DNA of 63,727 nt, filler included. It is 4 parts of 4 records of this genome, joined end to end, with 100 filler letters (N's around TTAATTAATTAA, not from the genome) between each part and the next. Parts side by side here need not be neighbours in the genome. Positions count along the whole stretch, not along the records: positions 1 to 19,947 come from SRR20825006_2879; 3 more parts are not named here. The stretch is one strand, 5' to 3'. Positions within the stretch are counted from its first letter, which is position 1. Every line of letters begins with the position of its first letter. The translations under genes and the position numbers were made by a program. Shown here in pieces: positions 1 through 10,144 of the stretch. The notes beneath the pieces were generated by a model. That model had not been told where the DNA came from, made no database searches, and saw only the letters and a list, made by a program, of their open reading frames with translations.

Positions 1-871
1 CCGGGTTTGTCTTCTGCGGCATGATAGAGGAACCGGTGCAGAAAGCATCCCCGAGATCGACGTAATCAAACTGGGCCGAGGACCAGATAATCAGTTCTTC
101 CGAGAAGCGTGACAGATGCATCATCAGAATCGAGGCAAAGCTGTTGAATTCAATGGCAAAGTCACGGTCACTGACGGCATCCAGCGAGTTCTGGCAGATA
201 CGGTCAAAACCCAGCAGATTGGCAGTCATCGCGCGGTCAATCGGGAAGGTGGTACCGGCCAGTGCTGCTGCGCCCAGCGGCATGGTGTTGACCCGTTTTT
301 CGCAGTCATCGAGACGTTCCGCATCGCGCACCAGCATTTCATACCAGGCCAGCATATGGTGGCCGAAGGTGACCGGCTGTGCGGTCTGCAGATGGGTGAA
401 GCCAGGCATGATGGTGTCAGCTTCACGCTCGGCAACATCCAGCAGGGCGTCCTGCAGGCGGCTCAGCTCAGCACGAATTGGTGCAATCATGTCACGCAGA
501 TACAGCCGCACATCAGTCGCGACCTGATCATTACGGGAGCGGCCGGTATGCAGCTTTTTGCCGACTTCACCGATCAGCGAAATCAGCCGTGCCTCGATGT
601 TCATATGCACATCTTCCTGGGCAATCGACCATTCGAAGTCGCCGTTTTCGATTTCCTGTTCGATCTGCTGCAGGCCGCTGGTGATCTGGTCGCGCTCTTC
701 TGCGGTGAGCACGCCGACTTTGCTGAGCATGGTCGCATGCGCGATGGAACCGCGGATATCCTGGCGGAACATGCGTTGATCAAACATGACCGAGGCAGTG
801 AATTCCTCGACAAATTTATCGGTAGGCTGGGTCAGCCGCGCTGAGGAAAGTTTCTTGTTAGCTGTGCTCAT
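1..871 (-). CDS. argH: Argininosuccinate lyase, 3' end truncated at the window edge
   Basis: Absent from the ORF track because there is no stop codon. Manual minus-strand translation from ATG at 871 gives [10 protein letters not shown]...[11 protein letters not shown]...[16 protein letters not shown]...[15 protein letters not shown]...[13 protein letters not shown], i.e. the ArgH motifs and the fumarase/ASL signature SSxMPxKxN. Confidence 0.95.
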   Translation of the reverse strand, partial: MSTANKKLSSARLTQPTDKFVEEFTASVMFDQRMFRQDIRGSIAHATMLSKVGVLTAEERDQITSGLQQIEQEIENGDFEWSIAQEDVHMNIEARLISLIGEVGKKLHTGRSRNDQVATDVRLYLRDMIAPIRAELSRLQDALLDVAEREADTIMPGFTHLQTAQPVTFGHHMLAWYEMLVRDAERLDDCEKRVNTMPLGAAALAGTTFPIDRAMTANLLGFDRICQNSLDAVSDRDFAIEFNSFASILMMHLSRFSEELIIWSSAQFDYVDLGDAFCTGSSIMPQKTNP

Positions 872-943
872 GATAAATCTTGATCGCGTTTGGGAAACAG
901 GGCGACATTATAACGTGCTTATTCGGGCCTGATGATGTCAAAG

Positions 944-952
944 TGCTAGAAT
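944..952 (+). promoter_or_regulatory. Possible extended -10 promoter (TG-C-TAGAAT) for the hemC operon
   Basis: TGCTAGAAT lies about 40 nt upstream of the hemC ATG in the divergent argH/hemC spacer. Confidence 0.35.
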
Positions 953-993
953 CAGCGGTGATTTTTGATATATAAGCTTGAAAGACGAGATTA

Positions 994-1923
994 ATGACTA
1001 AAAGAACTGTAAGAATCGCCACCCGCAACAGTCCGCTTGCTGTCTGGCAGGCCGAGTTCGTCAAAGCCGAGTTGTTGGCTTTGCACCCGGATCTGGAGGT
1101 GGAACTGATTGGCATGAAAACCCAGGGTGATATCATCCTTGACACACCGCTGGCCAAAGTGGGCGGTAAAGGTCTGTTTGTTAAAGAACTGGAGCAGGGC
1201 ATGCTCGATGGCCGCGCTGATATTGCGGTGCACTCGATGAAAGACGTACCGGTCGATTTTCCTGAAGGCCTGCATCTGCCGGTCATCTGCAAGCGTGAAG
1301 AGCCGCACGATGCCTTCGTTTCCAATCACTACAACAGCATTGATGAACTGCCCCAGGGCGCGAAACTGGGCACGTCCAGCCTGCGGCGGGAATGTCAGGC
1401 GCGGACCCGTCGCCCGGATCTGGAAGTGCTGCCGCTGCGCGGTAACGTGAACACTCGCTTGCGCAAACTCGATGAGGGTCAGTTCGACGCCATTATTCTG
1501 GCCATGGCCGGACTGCAGCGCCTTGGTTTTCATGACCGTATCCGCAACGCGATGACGCCGGAACAGAGCCTGCCGGCCATTGGTCAGGGCGCACTGGGCA
1601 TTGAAACCCGCATTGATGATGAAGAGATGAACGCGCTTATCGCGCCACTGCATGATCGGCTGACCGCGATTACCGTCACTGCCGAGCGGGCCCTCAACCG
1701 CCGACTTGCCGGTGGCTGCCAAGTGCCGATTGCCGGCTATGCGATGCTGGAAGGTGATGAGGTCTGGCTGCGCGGCCTGGTGGGCAGACCGGATGGTACC
1801 CATACGCTTTATGCTGAAAAACGTGGTCCGGTCGCCGAGGCTGATGCTATCGGTGTGGCAGTCGCAGAGATGCTGCTGGCGCAGGGCGCAGACAAAATTC
1901 TCAGCGATGTTTATGGTGACTGA
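994..1923 (+). CDS. hemC: Hydroxymethylbilane synthase (porphobilinogen deaminase)
   Basis: Motifs [49 protein letters not shown] and GGCQVPI (cofactor-binding Cys). Confidence 0.98.
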   Translation: MTKRTVRIATRNSPLAVWQAEFVKAELLALHPDLEVELIGMKTQGDIILDTPLAKVGGKGLFVKELEQGMLDGRADIAVHSMKDVPVDFPEGLHLPVICKREEPHDAFVSNHYNSIDELPQGAKLGTSSLRRECQARTRRPDLEVLPLRGNVNTRLRKLDEGQFDAIILAMAGLQRLGFHDRIRNAMTPEQSLPAIGQGALGIETRIDDEEMNALIAPLHDRLTAITVTAERALNRRLAGGCQVPIAGYAMLEGDEVWLRGLVGRPDGTHTLYAEKRGPVAEADAIGVAVAEMLLAQGADKILSDVYGD

Positions 1924-2674
1924 TAGACCGCTGGCCGATCAGAGAATACTGGTGACCCGGCCGCAAGTCCAATCTGCAAACCTGAGCGGCTTGATTGAGC
2001 AAGCAGGCGGTGAGCCGATTTGCTTTCCTGTTATCAGCATTGTGCCCATCCCCCGCGATAGCTGGACCAAGCTGACGCTTAATCATGTCCACTGGCTGAT
2101 TTTTATCAGCCGTAATGCTGTGGAATGCTTTATGGCGGACTGGCAACAGCGTTTGCCCGCGCAGCTGAAACTGGCGGCGGTTGGCGACGGTACTGCCAGC
2201 GCCATGCGTGAGGCGGGCCTGACGGTGGACTGTCAGCCCGAGACCTCGAACGGCAGTGAAGGTTTGCTGCAAATGCCGGTCATGCAGGCGATGCAGGATA
2301 AACAGGTTGTTATCGTCAGAGGGGTTGGCGGTCGTGAACTGCTTGCTGATACCCTGAAGGAAAGAGGTGCTAGTATTAGTTATGTGGAAGTTTATCGCAG
2401 AACACTGGCACAACATGAACGCGCAGCCTGTATTAATGCGATGCATGCTGACAAAGTGATCTGCACCAGTGTGACCGGTCTGGATAATCTGTGCCGTATT
2501 CTCGCCGGGTTTCGTGCCGAGTTGCTCTGCAAACCGCTGGTCGTGGTTAGCGAACGTATCAGGGAACATGCCCGTTCACTGGGCTTCAGATGGGTCGAAG
2601 TCAGTGCCGATGCCAGTGATACAGCGGTATTACAAACATTGATTGATATGGATAAACAGCATGGCAAACAATGA
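1913..2674 (+). CDS. hemD: Uroporphyrinogen-III synthase
   Basis: Motifs [36 protein letters not shown]. Overlaps the hemC stop; start moved from 1706 to ATG 1913 (or GTG 1916). Confidence 0.92.
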   Translation: MVTDRPLADQRILVTRPQVQSANLSGLIEQAGGEPICFPVISIVPIPRDSWTKLTLNHVHWLIFISRNAVECFMADWQQRLPAQLKLAAVGDGTASAMREAGLTVDCQPETSNGSEGLLQMPVMQAMQDKQVVIVRGVGGRELLADTLKERGASISYVEVYRRTLAQHERAACINAMHADKVICTSVTGLDNLCRILAGFRAELLCKPLVVVSERIREHARSLGFRWVEVSADASDTAVLQTLIDMDKQHGKQ

Positions 2675-3686
2675 AAACAAGCAGCAAATTGATGACAATG
2701 TTCAGGATGCTGAACTGGTTGCTGATAAAAAAACGACAAAGGCAAATGCCCGGCTAGTCTGGATTGCCCTGGCGATTTTGTTGCTGTTGATGATAGCCGC
2801 TGGCGGTTGGCTCTATCAGCAGATAAGCAGTCAGCAGCAGCAACAGGCTGAACGCTTCAGCAGTCTGGAAGATGATTTGTCGAGGGTGCAGTCAGGCAAC
2901 GGCCAACAGCAGCGTGAAATCAGCAAGCTCAATGAAAAGCTTCAGGCGCAGACAGACAGGTTAGATGAATTTATCTCCCGGGAAACGCTGACCAGTGAGG
3001 AACTTAAGCGAACCTGGGCCCTGCAGGAAATCCAGTATTTGCTCAACGTCGCCAATCAGCGGGCGCTGCTGGCGCATGACGTGGATGGCGCCATCCGGGC
3101 TCTCAACATGGCCGACAAACAAATTGAGGCTCTGTCGGATTATCGTCTGCATCCACTGCGGGCAATGATTGCCGAAGAGATCATGGATCTTGAAGCCCTG
3201 GCCGATATTGATACCGCCGGTATCGCTATCAAGCTGCAGACCGCGGCGAATCATGTGCAGACCCTGCGGGTGAAAAAAGGACCCGAAGTTCAGTTTGATA
3301 AGACTGAGACAATGCCTTCGGCTTCACAAAGCGATGCGGGCTGGAAGCAGGCGCTGGATGATATCTGGCAACAGATGCGCTCACTGGTGGTGATTCGTCA
3401 TGATCAAACCGGCGAAGCGGCGGTACTGGTGCCGGAACAGCGTTACTTCCTGTATCAGAATCTGCGTTTGCAACTTGAAAGCGCCAGACTGGCGTTGCTG
3501 AATGCGGACAACGAGAATTACCAGCACAGTCTGCAAACCGCGATTGACTGGCTGGCGCAGTATTTCACGGGTGATCAGCGTGATGCGATGCTCAATACCC
3601 TCAAAAAGCTGCAGGACACACAAATCAATATCAGCATTCCGGATATTTCCGGCTCTCTGAATTGGCTTGAGGAGTATCAGCAATGA
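2661..3686 (+). CDS. hemX: HemX family membrane-anchored coiled-coil protein
   Basis: Single N-terminal TM, coiled coil, motifs YLLNVANQR and YLYQNLRLQLESARLALL-like; sits between hemD and hemY. Start placed at ATG 2661. Confidence 0.88.
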   Translation: MANNENKQQIDDNVQDAELVADKKTTKANARLVWIALAILLLLMIAAGGWLYQQISSQQQQQAERFSSLEDDLSRVQSGNGQQQREISKLNEKLQAQTDRLDEFISRETLTSEELKRTWALQEIQYLLNVANQRALLAHDVDGAIRALNMADKQIEALSDYRLHPLRAMIAEEIMDLEALADIDTAGIAIKLQTAANHVQTLRVKKGPEVQFDKTETMPSASQSDAGWKQALDDIWQQMRSLVVIRHDQTGEAAVLVPEQRYFLYQNLRLQLESARLALLNADNENYQHSLQTAIDWLAQYFTGDQRDAMLNTLKKLQDTQINISIPDISGSLNWLEEYQQ

Positions 3687-4885
3687 AGATCCTGCTCGTC
3701 GTTGCCCTCGCGCTTGCCTTTGGTGCCGCTGTGATATGGGCGGCGGATTTTGAGCCGGGCTTCGTGCTGTTGCAGTATGGCAGCTGGAGCCTTGAAACCT
3801 CGCTGGTGGTTTTCTCTGCAATATTCATTTTACTGCTGGTGGCGGGTTATATGCTGCTGCGCAGCCTGGTGCTGGTCAAACAATCACCCGCCAAACTTTC
3901 CAACTGGAAAGAAACACAGCGTCATAAACGCGCCAATCGTGCATTAACCCGGGGTCTGATTACCCTGGAAGAAGGGCGCTGGGCGGAAGCCGAACGGACC
4001 TTGATTCGTCATGCCAGTAACAGCGAAACACCACTGTTGCACTATCTTGCCGGTGCCCGGGCAGCACAAAAACAGAATGCGGCTGATCGCCGTGATAATT
4101 ACCTGCGGCTGGCCCATGAGACCACCGAAGGGGCGGATATTGCCGTTGGCGTGGTGCAGGCAGAACTACAGATTTCTGCCGGCCAGAAAGAACAGGCCAT
4201 CGCGACCCTGAAGCATTTACGGGAGATGGCACCCAAACACCCCTATGTTTTACAACTGTTGCAGTCGTTGTATCAGGATATGGATCAGTGGCAGGACGTG
4301 CAGTCGGTATTACCCGATCTGCGTAAGCGTCATGTACTGGAGAACAATGAAGTTCAGGCGCTGAGTCTGGATGCTGCCGTCGGGCAATTGGAATCTGCAT
4401 TACAGCGCCGGGACTGGCGCAAAATGGATGATATCTGGCAGAAGTCGCCAACCCGTCAGCGTCAGAGCGAAGCGATGCTCAAACCCTACATTGAAGGTCT
4501 GGTCAGCCAGGGGGAAGCCAAACAAGCGTTAAGTCTGATTGAACAGTTCCTGCGCAAGGACTGGAGTGATGCGCTGATCTACCAATACGGGCGGCTCGAG
4601 CAGGGTGATTTATTAAAACGTCTGGCGCTGGCTGAAAAATGGCTTAAACATCACCGTGATAATCCCTGGCTGCTGCTGACACTGGGGCGGCTGGCCAAAG
4701 CCAATTCGCTTTGGACCAAAGCTGAGGAATATCTGCGTCATAGTCTTCAGCATGGCCCCCGCGGTGAAACCTATCAGGTGCTGGCTGAAGTACAGACAGC
4801 ACAGGGCAAGCCCGAGGCTGCTGCTGACACATACAAAACCGGACTGGACCTGATGCTGGAACAGACTGGCAGCAGCATCAAGTAG
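3683..4885 (+). CDS. hemY: HemY family membrane/TPR protein (enteric-type HemY)
   Basis: HemY_N pattern (PGFVLLQYGSWSLETSL; GLITLEEGRWAEAE) and a TPR-like C-terminus; ATGA overlap with hemX. Confidence 0.88.
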   Translation: MKILLVVALALAFGAAVIWAADFEPGFVLLQYGSWSLETSLVVFSAIFILLLVAGYMLLRSLVLVKQSPAKLSNWKETQRHKRANRALTRGLITLEEGRWAEAERTLIRHASNSETPLLHYLAGARAAQKQNAADRRDNYLRLAHETTEGADIAVGVVQAELQISAGQKEQAIATLKHLREMAPKHPYVLQLLQSLYQDMDQWQDVQSVLPDLRKRHVLENNEVQALSLDAAVGQLESALQRRDWRKMDDIWQKSPTRQRQSEAMLKPYIEGLVSQGEAKQALSLIEQFLRKDWSDALIYQYGRLEQGDLLKRLALAEKWLKHHRDNPWLLLTLGRLAKANSLWTKAEEYLRHSLQHGPRGETYQVLAEVQTAQGKPEAAADTYKTGLDLMLEQTGSSIK

Positions 4886-4897
4886 GAGAACGAGCGA

Positions 4898-6634
4898 GTG
4901 CAAGAGGCGGGCGGACATTACCTGATAGATATTCTGGCGCTGTTGCTGGCCACGGTCGTTATCATTCCCCTTTTTCATAAGATCCGGCTGGGCGCGATAT
5001 TAGGTTACCTGACGGCCGGGATGGTGCTGGGGCCCTGGGGCTTCGGGGTGATTACCGAAATCGAAGATATCCGCCATTTAGCCGAATTTGGCGTTATTTT
5101 CCTGCTGTTTCTACTGGGTATCGAGCTCAAACCTGACAAGCTCTGGCAGATGCGCAAAATGGTCATCGGCCTCGGACTGGGCCAGGTCCTGATCACGGCC
5201 GGCCTGATTTATGGCATTGCCATCTGGCTCGGTATTTCCAATCAGAGCGCGATTATTATTGGCTTTGGTCTGGCTTTGTCGTCGACGGCATTTTGTCTCA
5301 AGCTGCTGTCTGAGCGTGGCGGGATTTCCACAGTGATGGGACGGATGTCGTTCTCTGTTCTGCTGTTGCAGGATATTGCCGTTGTGCCGCTGTTGGCACT
5401 GGTTTCTTATTTTGCCGCAGGCGGCAGTACTGAGGTGATGGAGCCGAGCTTGAAGCCGCTCTATGCGGTGCTGGTGATTATTGCTTTGCTATTTGCCGGT
5501 CGCTATCTGCTTAATCCGGTGCTGGGCCGAATTGTTGCCAGTCAGGACCCGGAAGTGTTTATTGCGGTTGCTGTGTTGCTGGTTCTGGGTGTGGCCTGGG
5601 TGATGGAGGCCGTTGGCTTTTCCATGGCGCTGGGGGCGTTTCTGGCCGGCGTGATGCTGGCAGAATCCCACTACCGACACCAGATTGAGGCCGATATCCT
5701 GCCTTTCCGCGGGATTTTGCTGGGGCTGTTCTTTATGACAGTGGGCATGGGGATTGATTTCAGCCTGCTCTGGAAACAGCTTGGCAACATCATCATGATG
5801 ACACTGGGGCTAATGGTGTTGAAGGCTTCTGTGGTCTATGTTCTGGCCAGGATTTCCGGTGCCCGCCATGATATTTCCCTGCAAACCGGCACATTATTGT
5901 CACAAAGCGGTGAGTTCGGTTTTGTGTTATTCGGCTTTGCTGCGGCCTCCGGGGTGTTGGAAAAAAACATTGGCGATATCCTGACGCTGGTGATTGCACT
6001 GACCATGGTGCTGACCCCGTTTGTGGTGAAGCTGACAAACAGTTTATTGATACGCTTTTATACTCCGGCACCGACCGAGGATGAAGATTATGCGGAGTTT
6101 GTCGAAGCCAGCGAAGAGCATATCATTCTGGCCGGTTTCGGCCGGGTGGGAGCACGGGTCGGAACATTACTGGGAGCGGCCGGTGTGCCTTATATTGCGC
6201 TTGATATGAAACAACACCGTGTCAAAGACGCACGGGCACAGGGATTTCCGGTGTTTTTTGGTGATGCCAGCAAAGTCAAAGTGCTACAGGCAGCCGGCGC
6301 TGATCATGCCAAGATGATCGTGGTGACGCTGGATGACCCGGGTCAGATTGACCGTCTGGTATCTCAGGTTCGCCAGTTTTATCCCAATATGCCTATTCAC
6401 GCCCGTGCCCGTGATCGTAGACACTGTGCTGACTTGATCACCCTGGGTGCCACGACCACGGTATCGGAAACCTTGGAAACCAGCCTCCGCTTGACCGAAG
6501 AAGTGTTACTGGGCAGTGGTGTTGAGCAGGACAAAACCACGCAGGTTATCAATGCATTCCGTGATGAGTACTATTCCAACGTGGTACAGAAAGTCACCGA
6601 AAACAAGGTCGTTTTCGGCGAACTCAAACACTAG
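4898..6634 (+). CDS. CPA2 family K+/H+ antiporter, KefB/KefC-like, with C-terminal KTN/TrkA-N domain
   Basis: Many TM segments; AEFGVIFLLFLLGIEL, LSSTA, LLLQD; HQIEADILPFRGILLGLFF resembles Kef HALESDIEP; Rossmann motif IILAGFGRVG; RBS AGGAG before GTG. Confidence 0.9.
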   Translation: MQEAGGHYLIDILALLLATVVIIPLFHKIRLGAILGYLTAGMVLGPWGFGVITEIEDIRHLAEFGVIFLLFLLGIELKPDKLWQMRKMVIGLGLGQVLITAGLIYGIAIWLGISNQSAIIIGFGLALSSTAFCLKLLSERGGISTVMGRMSFSVLLLQDIAVVPLLALVSYFAAGGSTEVMEPSLKPLYAVLVIIALLFAGRYLLNPVLGRIVASQDPEVFIAVAVLLVLGVAWVMEAVGFSMALGAFLAGVMLAESHYRHQIEADILPFRGILLGLFFMTVGMGIDFSLLWKQLGNIIMMTLGLMVLKASVVYVLARISGARHDISLQTGTLLSQSGEFGFVLFGFAAASGVLEKNIGDILTLVIALTMVLTPFVVKLTNSLLIRFYTPAPTEDEDYAEFVEASEEHIILAGFGRVGARVGTLLGAAGVPYIALDMKQHRVKDARAQGFPVFFGDASKVKVLQAAGADHAKMIVVTLDDPGQIDRLVSQVRQFYPNMPIHARARDRRHCADLITLGATTTVSETLETSLRLTEEVLLGSGVEQDKTTQVINAFRDEYYSNVVQKVTENKVVFGELKH

Positions 6635-6637
6635 GTC

Positions 6638-7741
6638 TTACAGCCGCATTGGCATCACCACATACTGCCTTTCAAATTGTGGGTCGGCAGGCGTCACCAG
6701 TGCACTGCTGGTTTCATCACTAAAGATGATTTTGACCCTCTGATCCGGCATGGCGTTAAGCAGATCCAGCAGATAAGCGTTGTTGAACGCGATTTCCAGC
6801 GCCGCACCTTTGTAATCGACGCTGATTTCTTCTTCCGCTGATTCCTGTTCCTGGTTGGTGACAGTGGCTTTGAGCTGGTCGGTATCAAGATTGATACGGA
6901 CGCTGCGGTGCTTATCATTGGAGAGAATCGCGGCACGTGACAAGGCCTGTTTCAGTTCATCACGGTCTGCCAGCACTTCCTTGTCACCGCCCAGCGGCAG
7001 TACTCGTTCGTAGTTGGGGAACTGACCGTCAATCAGCTTGGAAGTGAAATGAATATCGGGCAGTTCCACTTTAATCTGCTGATTGCTGAAAGCGAGTTTC
7101 ACTTCATCATCGGTGTCGTTAAGCAGTCGGCCCAGCTCGATAATGGCTTTACGCGGCACGATCACGCTGTTTTTTTCCTCAACCGGATTGTCAGTGGTCA
7201 GGCTGCCCAGCGCCAGTCGGTGACCATCGGTCGCGACCGCACGCAGGGTGGTGCCGTCGCGTTCCAGTAACAAACCATTGAGGTAGTAACGAACGTCCTG
7301 GCTGGCCATCGCGAAGCTGGTTTCATCAATCAGGGCTTTCAGTGCTGACTGTGGCAGCGCAATTTCATCCACATAATTCGCGCCTTCGCTGTCCGGGAAG
7401 TCATCGCTGGATAGGGTCGCCAGTGAGAAGCGGCTTTTGCCGGCTTTGACCAGTGCTTTGTTATCAGCGGCATTAAAACTGATGGTGGCATTACCGGGCA
7501 GTGCACGGACGATATCGAGCAGCTTACGCGCCGAGACTGTGGTTTTGCCCTCGGTTTCCACGGAGACCGGCAGTGTCGCGATCATTTCCAGTTCCATATC
7601 GGTACTGGTCATCGACAGCTGGTTGCCATGTGTCCGCAGCAGCACATTGGACAGAATGGGCAGGGTGGCACGCCGTTCAACAATACTGCACACCAGCTGC
7701 AGTGGCCGGACGAGGGTTTCTTGGCTGACAGTGAATTCCAT
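6638..7741 (-). CDS. dnaN: DNA polymerase III beta sliding clamp
   Basis: Motifs TLPILSNVLL, QDVRYYLNG, VATDGHRL, SKLIDGQFPNY and C-terminal YVVMPMRL. Confidence 0.99.
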   Translation of the reverse strand: MEFTVSQETLVRPLQLVCSIVERRATLPILSNVLLRTHGNQLSMTSTDMELEMIATLPVSVETEGKTTVSARKLLDIVRALPGNATISFNAADNKALVKAGKSRFSLATLSSDDFPDSEGANYVDEIALPQSALKALIDETSFAMASQDVRYYLNGLLLERDGTTLRAVATDGHRLALGSLTTDNPVEEKNSVIVPRKAIIELGRLLNDTDDEVKLAFSNQQIKVELPDIHFTSKLIDGQFPNYERVLPLGGDKEVLADRDELKQALSRAAILSNDKHRSVRINLDTDQLKATVTNQEQESAEEEISVDYKGAALEIAFNNAYLLDLLNAMPDQRVKIIFSDETSSALVTPADPQFERQYVVMPMRL

Positions 7742-7768
7742 GATGATTCTCTCAGGGTCCGTTATTGA

Positions 7769-9136
7769 TTAACTCGACAGGGTTCGTAACAGATTACGGT
7801 AATCTTCTTCGATGCGATTATCTGTTTCACGCAGTTCCGCCACCTTGCGAGTAGCGTGAAGTACCGTGGTGTGGTCGCGGCCGCCAAAAGCCTCGCCGAT
7901 TTCCGGCAAACTGTGGCTGGTCAGCTCCTTGGCCAGTGCCATCGCTATCTGGCGCGGACGGGCAATAGAACGGGTGCGCTTTTTCGACAGTAGATCGGAG
8001 ACGCGCACTTTGAAGTATTCTGCGGCGGTTTTTTGAATGCTTTCCAGGGTGACCAGTTTCTGATGCAAAGCCAGCAGATCTTTAAGCGCTTCCTGCGCCA
8101 TATCAATTGACAGCGGCTGGTTAGTGAAGCGGGAAAATGCCAGTACCCGCTGCAACGCACCTTCCAGATCACGCACATTGGATTTGATCCGTTTGGCAAT
8201 GAAAAAAGCGACATCTTCCGGCAGGGTAATCAGATTCTGGTGCGCCTTTTTGATCAGAATGGCGACGCGGGTTTCAAGTTCGGGCGGTTCAATGGCCACC
8301 GTCAGGCCCCAGCCCAGGCGCGACTGCAGCCGCTCGTCGAGGTTTTCCACTTCCTTGGGAAAGCGGTCACAGGTCAGAATAATCTGGCGCTGGCCTTCCA
8401 GCAGGCTGTTGAAGGTATAGAAAAATTCTTCCTGGGAACGCTCTTTTTTGGCAAAAAACTGAATATCATCAATCAGTAGCGCATCAGCACTGCGATAGTG
8501 CGTTTTGAACTGATCAATGGCGTTATTGCGCAGGGCCGTAATCATGTCCTGCACAAACCGTTCGGAAGACAGGTAGATGACCCGCGCTTTAGGATTGTTC
8601 TGCTTGATTTTATTGCCGACGGCGAGCATCAGGTGAGTTTTACCGAGACCGGTGCCACCATACAGAAACAGCGGATTGTAGCCGCTGGTGCCTGGCGCTT
8701 CGGCGACATGCAGGGAGGCGGCGCGGGCAATCTGATTCGATTTACCTTCGACATAGTTATCAAAGGTAAACAGCGGGTTCATCGGACTGCCGATAGCGGG
8801 CGCGGCTTTTTCCGGCTCCGTTTTTTCCGGCTGTGGCGTCACGACTTCTTTTACCGGCGCCGTGTTACGGCGGGGTTTCATCTCTTCGGCCGGTACGGCG
8901 CCGACTTCAATCGCCACTTGCGCAATCAGCCCCTGACTTAAGCTGTGAATCAGACTGTTGATCTGTTGTTCCAGCTGTTCCTGTACCCAGGCTTTAACGT
9001 AGGGATTAGGCGCAAGTAAGCGCAAACTATCTTCGGTTTCGATGGCCTGCAGTGGGCGGAGCCATGTGTTCAGCTGTTGTGCCGAGAGATCACCTTCGAG
9101 ATGGGACAGACATTTTTCCCAAAGGGGTGAGGACAC
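7769..9136 (-). CDS. dnaA: Chromosomal replication initiator DnaA
   Basis: GTG start after [21 protein letters not shown] (Walker A), [28 protein letters not shown]. Confidence 0.99.
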   Translation of the reverse strand: MSSPLWEKCLSHLEGDLSAQQLNTWLRPLQAIETEDSLRLLAPNPYVKAWVQEQLEQQINSLIHSLSQGLIAQVAIEVGAVPAEEMKPRRNTAPVKEVVTPQPEKTEPEKAAPAIGSPMNPLFTFDNYVEGKSNQIARAASLHVAEAPGTSGYNPLFLYGGTGLGKTHLMLAVGNKIKQNNPKARVIYLSSERFVQDMITALRNNAIDQFKTHYRSADALLIDDIQFFAKKERSQEEFFYTFNSLLEGQRQIILTCDRFPKEVENLDERLQSRLGWGLTVAIEPPELETRVAILIKKAHQNLITLPEDVAFFIAKRIKSNVRDLEGALQRVLAFSRFTNQPLSIDMAQEALKDLLALHQKLVTLESIQKTAAEYFKVRVSDLLSKKRTRSIARPRQIAMALAKELTSHSLPEIGEAFGGRDHTTVLHATRKVAELRETDNRIEEDYRNLLRTLSS

Positions 9137-9293
9137 ATGAACTCCTTGATTATCAATCGCTTAGTTAAAAATAAAGAGGCGCTGCCGGTTAATCTTTGCT
9201 ATAGTATAGCGTCCGACGCAAGACCTCTAAAGTTATCTTTCTGCGTCTGATTTGGCAAGTAAAATCACATTAACACTTCTGAATGATTCTGGT

Positions 9294-9323
9294 TTGACTT
9301 GATGCCACTGTAAACTTTATAAT
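9294..9323 (+). promoter_or_regulatory. Sigma70 promoter for the rpmH operon (TTGACT-N18-TATAAT)
   Basis: Near-consensus -35 at 9294-9299 and perfect -10 at 9318-9323, upstream of rpmH. Confidence 0.65.
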
Positions 9324-9405
9324 CCCGTGTCTTTTTGCCTGGCTGGTATTGCTGCTTAACAAAGCCACAGGCGGCGAAATAAACACTAGTTCTGGAGTTG
9401 GTGAA

Positions 9406-9540
9406 ATGAAACGTACTTTTCAACCTAGCAATTTGAAGCGCAAGCGCACTCACGGTTTCCGTGCCCGCATGAAAACTGTCGGTGGTCGTCGCGTTATCAA
9501 CGCCCGTCGCGCCAAAGGCCGCGCAAAACTGTCAGTTTAA
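9406..9540 (+). CDS. rpmH: 50S ribosomal protein L34
   Basis: [44 protein letters not shown]; true ATG at 9406 after GGAG. Confidence 0.99.
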   Translation: MKRTFQPSNLKRKRTHGFRARMKTVGGRRVINARRAKGRAKLSV

Positions 9541-9569
9541 TCCCTCTGACCTCTCCAGGAGGGCATGAC

Positions 9570-9923
9570 TTGGCCCTATTCAGCCGAGCCATGAGAATGA
9601 ACCGCCCGGGAGATTTTTCTCGGGTTTTCCGTCAGGGAAAACGCACCGGAGGGGGTGGCCTGACGGTTCTGACGGTTGATAATTCAGTCGGTCATCCCCG
9701 GCTGGGACTGGCCATAGCTAAGAAGCACGTCAAGCTCGCCAGTCGTCGCAACCGCTTGAAACGGATTATTCGCGAGTCGTTCCGACAGCATCAATCCGTG
9801 TTCTCCAACATCGACATTGTGGTGTTGTCCCGACCCGGCCTAGACCAACTGGACAGCGCGCAAATCTGGGCAGCATTGGAGCGACATTGGTTAACAGTGG
9901 TGGCACAATGGCAAAATTCCTGA
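9570..9923 (+). CDS. rnpA: Ribonuclease P protein component
   Basis: [10 protein letters not shown] and RNR motif ([14 protein letters not shown]); canonical position after rpmH. Confidence 0.96.
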   Translation: MALFSRAMRMNRPGDFSRVFRQGKRTGGGGLTVLTVDNSVGHPRLGLAIAKKHVKLASRRNRLKRIIRESFRQHQSVFSNIDIVVLSRPGLDQLDSAQIWAALERHWLTVVAQWQNS

Positions 9924-10144
9924 TCAGTCTCGTTCGAGGCTATAAGCTTTTGTTGAGCCCGTTCGTCGGTATGCACTGCCGCTTCCAGCCTACCTGTTCA
10001 CAGTATATGATTGATGCTATCGAGCGCTTTGGTGCCGTCCGCGGTGTCTGGCTTGGTTTGCGTCGCTTGTCTCGTTGTCATCCCTGGCACGCGGGTGGCG
10101 TAGATCCCGTTCCCGAACTAAAAACAAAGAATCACAATGGATAA
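9908..10144 (+). CDS. yidD: Membrane protein insertion efficiency factor
   Basis: [10 protein letters not shown]...[14 protein letters not shown]; located between rnpA and yidC. Confidence 0.96.
   Translation: MAKFLISLVRGYKLLLSPFVGMHCRFQPTCSQYMIDAIERFGAVRGVWLGLRRLSRCHPWHAGGVDPVPELKTKNHNG

Noticed and set aside
2..31. ArgH signature reads QKTNP rather than QKKNP
   Set aside because: The changed residue is the variable x in SSxMPxKxN; the catalytic Ser, Lys and Asn are intact.
116..844. 242-aa plus-strand ORF
   Set aside because: Antisense shadow of argH; it has no motifs of its own.
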